Of a DNA stretch of 60,585 nt, positions 56,462 to 60,585 are shown in pieces. The position numbers and the translations under genes are program-made. The notes beneath the pieces are model-generated. The model did no database searches, was not told the DNA's origin, and saw nothing but the letters and a program-made list of their open reading frames with translations. The stretch is taken from contig JBKCMS010000066.1 in the NCBI GenBank assembly GCA_046300175.1, forward strand, positions 1 through 60,585, in the 5' to 3' direction. Each line of letters begins with the position of its first letter. The first letter of the stretch is position 1. The DNA comes from Pseudomonadota bacterium (GTDB lineage Bacteria; Bdellovibrionota_C; UBA2361; OMII01).

Positions 56462-58411
56462 GTGTCTGGTAGTATGACCGGAATAACACACGGATTCGGT
56501 CGCTTCCTGATAGCTCTCCTGGCTACAACAACAATAGTTTCCTCTCAGCAACTGCATGAGCAGATATTTTTGTTCGCTGCCTTAGTGTCTTTGGTGATTG
56601 CTCGCATATTACTTGCACAAAAAAGCTACGATAACCTTGGCGCAGCTTTAATCGGCATAATGATCCCGACGATACCGTGGGTTGGGGCACATGTTTTACT
56701 CGGCGTGGCCCTATCGTTTTTCGCTTTGCGAACTAGGCCACCTAGAGAGGTGACTAAATATTCGCCTGAAGATTCGTTGTTGTGGATTGCGCCCCTGATG
56801 GGTTTTCTTATAGGTAGTGTTGCTGGTGAGCTGAGCGCTGCTTTTAGTCTATTTGATCCTGTGACACAGGGACTTGCGAGTAATTTAAGGCTAGATGGAG
56901 TAGCCCGAGTGGCAGATCTCGTTCGCTCCGTCGTAGACGTGCAGATAGTTTCTTGGCATCTGTTAGCTCGCGTGCTCTTAGCCGGATGCTTTGTAGGTTT
57001 TCTTTCTGGTAACGGTGGACTGACTCGAACATTAGTAAAGTGGCTGCAATCTAGCGCATTTTTATCAGCGTTGTTTGTCCTGCTTCAGTGGGTGGGCGGA
57101 CTATCGTTTCGTCTCCCCAATCAAACAGCCCTGTGGGACTCGTTAGGTAGACCTAGTGGTCTTTTGACTGATCCTAATTCTCTTGGGTTAGTTATGGCGC
57201 TGGTTTTGTGGATCGTGTTTCTCGTTCGACCGCTCAGCTTCTCTTCCCTCATGCCTAACGCTCTATGGACTGCATCGATAGTGTTAGCTGGTATCTTCTC
57301 AGGCTCACGAACTTTTCTACTCTCGGCAGGAATTTTGTTGCTACTGATTATCTGGCGGCGTGCAAATAGAGTGCACGCATCGCCGAGAGTGAATGGAACG
57401 GTATTGGTTTTCACTCTGGTATTTTCGGTGATAGTTGTTGGTATCACTCTTGTCGATGCAAATTCAGGCTTGGTTGCACAGCTGGCAGCATCGGAGGGCT
57501 TGCCAATGGGTATCCGTCGAGGAGTGGCAGCTTTATCGTTGCTGCGCCTTGAGGAGACTTTTATGAGTCGTACCGTATTTATCGAGTTTGTACGTGAGAT
57601 CGGTAGGGGGCACTGGATTTTTGGAATTGGAGCTGATCGCTTTATCGATTATGTGCCGCTAGTTGGAGCTGAGCGTAACCTCGTGCGGGGCTGGCGTGAT
57701 AATTCGAATAATCTCTACCTAGGAATCCTGACGGAGCTGGGGGTGCTTGGAGGAATCACTTTTGTTTTGGCCATCATCAGTCGCGTGATCAGAGATGGCA
57801 GCGGGGTGGATCTTCACCTAGGGACATCTCGGAAAGTGTACTATGTGGGCGCCGTAGTGATGCTGGGCGTGCTTGGATTGACGGGACCTCACACCGATTT
57901 TGTTGAGGTTCTGCTGCTTGTTAGTGCGCTGGTAGCTATTACAACAGAGTCACGTTACTTGTTTCTACCGACCTACCGCATTTTAGCGGTTATTGCATTA
58001 TTCGCAGGAGTGATCGCCAGTGGATTTCATGAGCAGGGGGTTTATGGTTGGAATGACACGCCGTATGGGGCAGCGCGGTGGCTTTCACACAATGCAAGGG
58101 TGGAGCTAGAGTGCACCAATGCTACTCCTGAAGGGTTGCATGCGCGATTTAAGGTACAGCCAAGATACGTTCCACAAACCGAGCCACTGCGACTTTCCAT
58201 CGCAACGGAGCTTGGTAGCACTCAGGAAATATCTCTTTATAGCGGGTCAAATCATGAGATTATGATTCCATGCGTGAGAGCTGGAGAGAACTTTTTTGCT
58301 CAAGTGGTAACCAGACCGGCGTGGAGTCCATATCGCGCCTGGCCAAAAGTGTCCGGGGATCGTCGTATTCTCGGGGTAGAGCAGATTTTTGAACCTGACT
58401 CATCAGGTTGA
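56462..58411 (+). CDS. O-antigen ligase-like polytopic membrane protein
   Basis: RPSGLLTDPNSLG, SGSRT, IFGIG, NNLYLGILTELGVLG; C-terminal soluble domain. Confidence 0.78.
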   Translation: MSGSMTGITHGFGRFLIALLATTTIVSSQQLHEQIFLFAALVSLVIARILLAQKSYDNLGAALIGIMIPTIPWVGAHVLLGVALSFFALRTRPPREVTKYSPEDSLLWIAPLMGFLIGSVAGELSAAFSLFDPVTQGLASNLRLDGVARVADLVRSVVDVQIVSWHLLARVLLAGCFVGFLSGNGGLTRTLVKWLQSSAFLSALFVLLQWVGGLSFRLPNQTALWDSLGRPSGLLTDPNSLGLVMALVLWIVFLVRPLSFSSLMPNALWTASIVLAGIFSGSRTFLLSAGILLLLIIWRRANRVHASPRVNGTVLVFTLVFSVIVVGITLVDANSGLVAQLAASEGLPMGIRRGVAALSLLRLEETFMSRTVFIEFVREIGRGHWIFGIGADRFIDYVPLVGAERNLVRGWRDNSNNLYLGILTELGVLGGITFVLAIISRVIRDGSGVDLHLGTSRKVYYVGAVVMLGVLGLTGPHTDFVEVLLLVSALVAITTESRYLFLPTYRILAVIALFAGVIASGFHEQGVYGWNDTPYGAARWLSHNARVELECTNATPEGLHARFKVQPRYVPQTEPLRLSIATELGSTQEISLYSGSNHEIMIPCVRAGENFFAQVVTRPAWSPYRAWPKVSGDRRILGVEQIFEPDSSG

Positions 58412-58608
58412 GTAAGGCAACTTTTGCGCTAATTGTCCGATGTAGATAAAGAGCGCTTAACAAATGCGCTTTTGAGCCGAGCTTTAACTTCTTAAATGAA
58501 TATGAAGGCCTCCCTCGGTAGCTGGCAGCATACCAGTTGTTGGAGTTAACAGTGTGTTAAACCTGTTAAGTACCGAGGAAGGGTAGGGTCTCTACACACT
58601 TTTGGAAC

Positions 58609-60120
58609 ATGCTGATTTCAACACTTCGTGCGCAATCGATGGTTCGCAGACTTGCATGCTGGCGCCGGCACGCACCGGTGCTTCCGCTCGCTGGTGCGGT
58701 GATGCTAGGGCAGGGAATTGTCTGGTATTTACCCCTGCTAGAGCTTACTTTAATTACGATGCTAATCGCTGGTGCATTAGTAGCAGCACACTATCGATTG
58801 CTTCCAGGAGTTGTTGCGTGGCTCGGAGGTGGAGTGTTATTGGGCGTAGTAAGCGCTTTCCTGTACTCAGCTCACGTGCCCATTGATTCACGGCTGAATG
58901 GGGAATTGACAATATTGGGGACAGTCAAGGGCCAGGTAAGGCATGCAAGACCAGGAGAGGTAACTTTTGAGTTGCAAACGGGTAGAGAGCTCGATCATCA
59001 GGTAGTTCGATGTCGAGCAATCGACCTGCCCTGGCGTAATGCAGCTCATCTTGAACCAGGGGACACGATCTGGGTACGAGGTGCCTTTGGTGCAGTGGAA
59101 AAACCGATTAATCCATTTTCCTGGAATGGATGGCTCTGGCGCAGGGGGGTGCAATCAGAGTGCAAAGCCAGATTTGTATCGCGGCCGATTCGCCGGAATC
59201 CCTCATTACTGTATCAATGGCGCGAATCCTTGAAGCAGAAGGTATTCATGCGCCTTGGTGATTCTCAAGGTAGTGGACTATTCCTCTCGATGTCTCTGGG
59301 ATATCAGGATGTATTGAGCGTGCCGCTCGAAAAGTCATTTATGCGACTTGGTCTAACGCACCTGCTGGTTGTTTCAGGCTATCAGGTGAGTCTTGCATTT
59401 GGGTTTATTCTTTATTGTATGGGTGCACTTTTTGGATGGTTGCGATTTGGGCATCGCCATTTGCGAAATGTAGTGACCATGCTTGCATTTGTATGTGCGG
59501 CTCTATACGTGGTATTCGTCGGTGCTGAAATGTCCGCAGTGCGTGCACTTATCGCGGCGGCATGCATATGTGCTCATCTGCTTTCGGAGAAAGACACATC
59601 ATTTGCACAGCGCTGGGGAGTTGCTCTTTTAGGGATGCAGCTATTGTGGCCATGGTGTGCATTTGACCTCGGCGTAGTATTGACGTTTGCAGCTCTCTTT
59701 GGAATCGGACTAGGTAGTGAAGCGATGTCAAGATCAAAGATGGCGGTCTTTGTTGCAGTAACAGTGTCAGTATGGTTGTGCACCAGCTTAGTGGTAGTTG
59801 TTTGGCAAGGAAACATATCACCCCTTGGTCTTCTACTTAACCTAGTAGTGGCGGCTCCATGGTCGATTCTCAACTGCACGGTGGGACTGAGTGCTTTGGG
59901 GTTGCTCTGTACTGAGTTGCCAGGCTCCGCAGTTCCACTTGAGATCCTTGTGTGGATCAATCAACTAGTGAGTGAAGTCATTCTAGAGCTGGGAGAAAGT
60001 TCGTATTCAAGTTGGCAGCTTGAGGGGATATGGCGTGTTACGACAACAGTTGGCATATCACTGGTGCTAGCACGTATGGCGCACAGAAGTGCCTCAACAA
60101 GTAAAGTCACCTTCCCCTAA
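58609..60120 (+). CDS. comEC: ComEC/Rec2 competence protein (membrane domain; no metallo-beta-lactamase domain)
   Basis: OB-like region, GLTHLLVVSGYQV, SAVRA, NLVVAAP. Confidence 0.88.
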   Translation: MLISTLRAQSMVRRLACWRRHAPVLPLAGAVMLGQGIVWYLPLLELTLITMLIAGALVAAHYRLLPGVVAWLGGGVLLGVVSAFLYSAHVPIDSRLNGELTILGTVKGQVRHARPGEVTFELQTGRELDHQVVRCRAIDLPWRNAAHLEPGDTIWVRGAFGAVEKPINPFSWNGWLWRRGVQSECKARFVSRPIRRNPSLLYQWRESLKQKVFMRLGDSQGSGLFLSMSLGYQDVLSVPLEKSFMRLGLTHLLVVSGYQVSLAFGFILYCMGALFGWLRFGHRHLRNVVTMLAFVCAALYVVFVGAEMSAVRALIAAACICAHLLSEKDTSFAQRWGVALLGMQLLWPWCAFDLGVVLTFAALFGIGLGSEAMSRSKMAVFVAVTVSVWLCTSLVVVVWQGNISPLGLLLNLVVAAPWSILNCTVGLSALGLLCTELPGSAVPLEILVWINQLVSEVILELGESSYSSWQLEGIWRVTTTVGISLVLARMAHRSASTSKVTFP

Positions 60121-60129
60121 CCACCCCAG

Positions 60130-60193
60130 CAAATATTTCTCTCAGAGACCGCGCGCAGGCCCCAAATATTTCTCTCAGAGACCGCGCGCAGGC
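60130..60193 (+). repeat. 31-bp direct repeat with 33-bp period
   Basis: CAAATATTTCTCTCAGAGACCGCGCGCAGGC at 60130-60160 and 60163-60193. Confidence 0.85.
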
Positions 60194-60585
60194 AACTTTT
60201 TAAGCGATTTTTTCGATATAGCTATTAAAGCAACCCTAAACCGGTGGTTAAGGAGAGTTGAAATGGCGCCAACTGCGCGAAGGTACGATGGATTTTGGGC
60301 ATTTTAGTGCACACCCCGAGCACCAACAAGGAGTGCCACTGAACTTCAAAATTCAAGAACCGTAGGTCTGGCTAGCCATTTTCAGACCCTCTACCGCCGC
60401 TCTTAGGTCAAAATGTTTCACACAAAAAACATCTGGATATTATTCACCATGGGCTATCATCCTCGCATTGAGTGTAAGCAGATATCGTCTTTTCAGACCA
60501 CTAGAGCACGGAACTCAGAGCTGTGGTTTGTCAACAACCCGGAATTAGAGCATGCAGTTTTAGGTTACGCTGCCCGATACGTCAC

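Noticed and set aside
60130-60193. Possible CRISPR array
   Set aside because: Only two units with a 2-bp gap, no spacer, and no cas genes.

Overview
Bacterial chromosomal segment of mostly housekeeping genes; the gene style looks deltaproteobacterial or Bdellovibrionota-like, which is an inference only. In order: pyrF, RNase II/R, an ECF sigma/anti-sigma pair, ftsB, dciA, an Aas-like acyltransferase-ACP-ligase, tRNA-Arg(TCG), a Wzx/Wzy/Wza/Wzc exopolysaccharide locus with a pectate-lyase-like gene, glmS, a short mraZ-rsmH-ftsL-ftsI cluster, fadJ, an indoleamine 2,3-dioxygenase, acyl-CoA carboxylase and methylmalonyl-CoA mutase genes, dksA-ispE-tRNA-Gln-prs-rplY-pth, rpsF-rplI (no rpsR) and comEC. 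The most striking signal is intergenic: several families of highly structured palindromic elements with no transposase in the window. (i) A 149-bp three-hairpin TATA...TATA MITE-like element occurs in four copies; two bracket pyrF and two read in frame into pyrF and prs. (ii) A 116-bp TAAACCC element has two inverted copies in which 12 of 16 differences are compensatory base-pair swaps, plus two 49-bp palindromic derivatives. (iii) A 221-bp CTAG-bounded element contains six hairpins. (iv) A 118-bp palindrome. Notable orphan proteins include a 596-aa protein with a duplicated ~240-aa HTH-ending module and an XRE-HTH/solute-binding-domain fusion.
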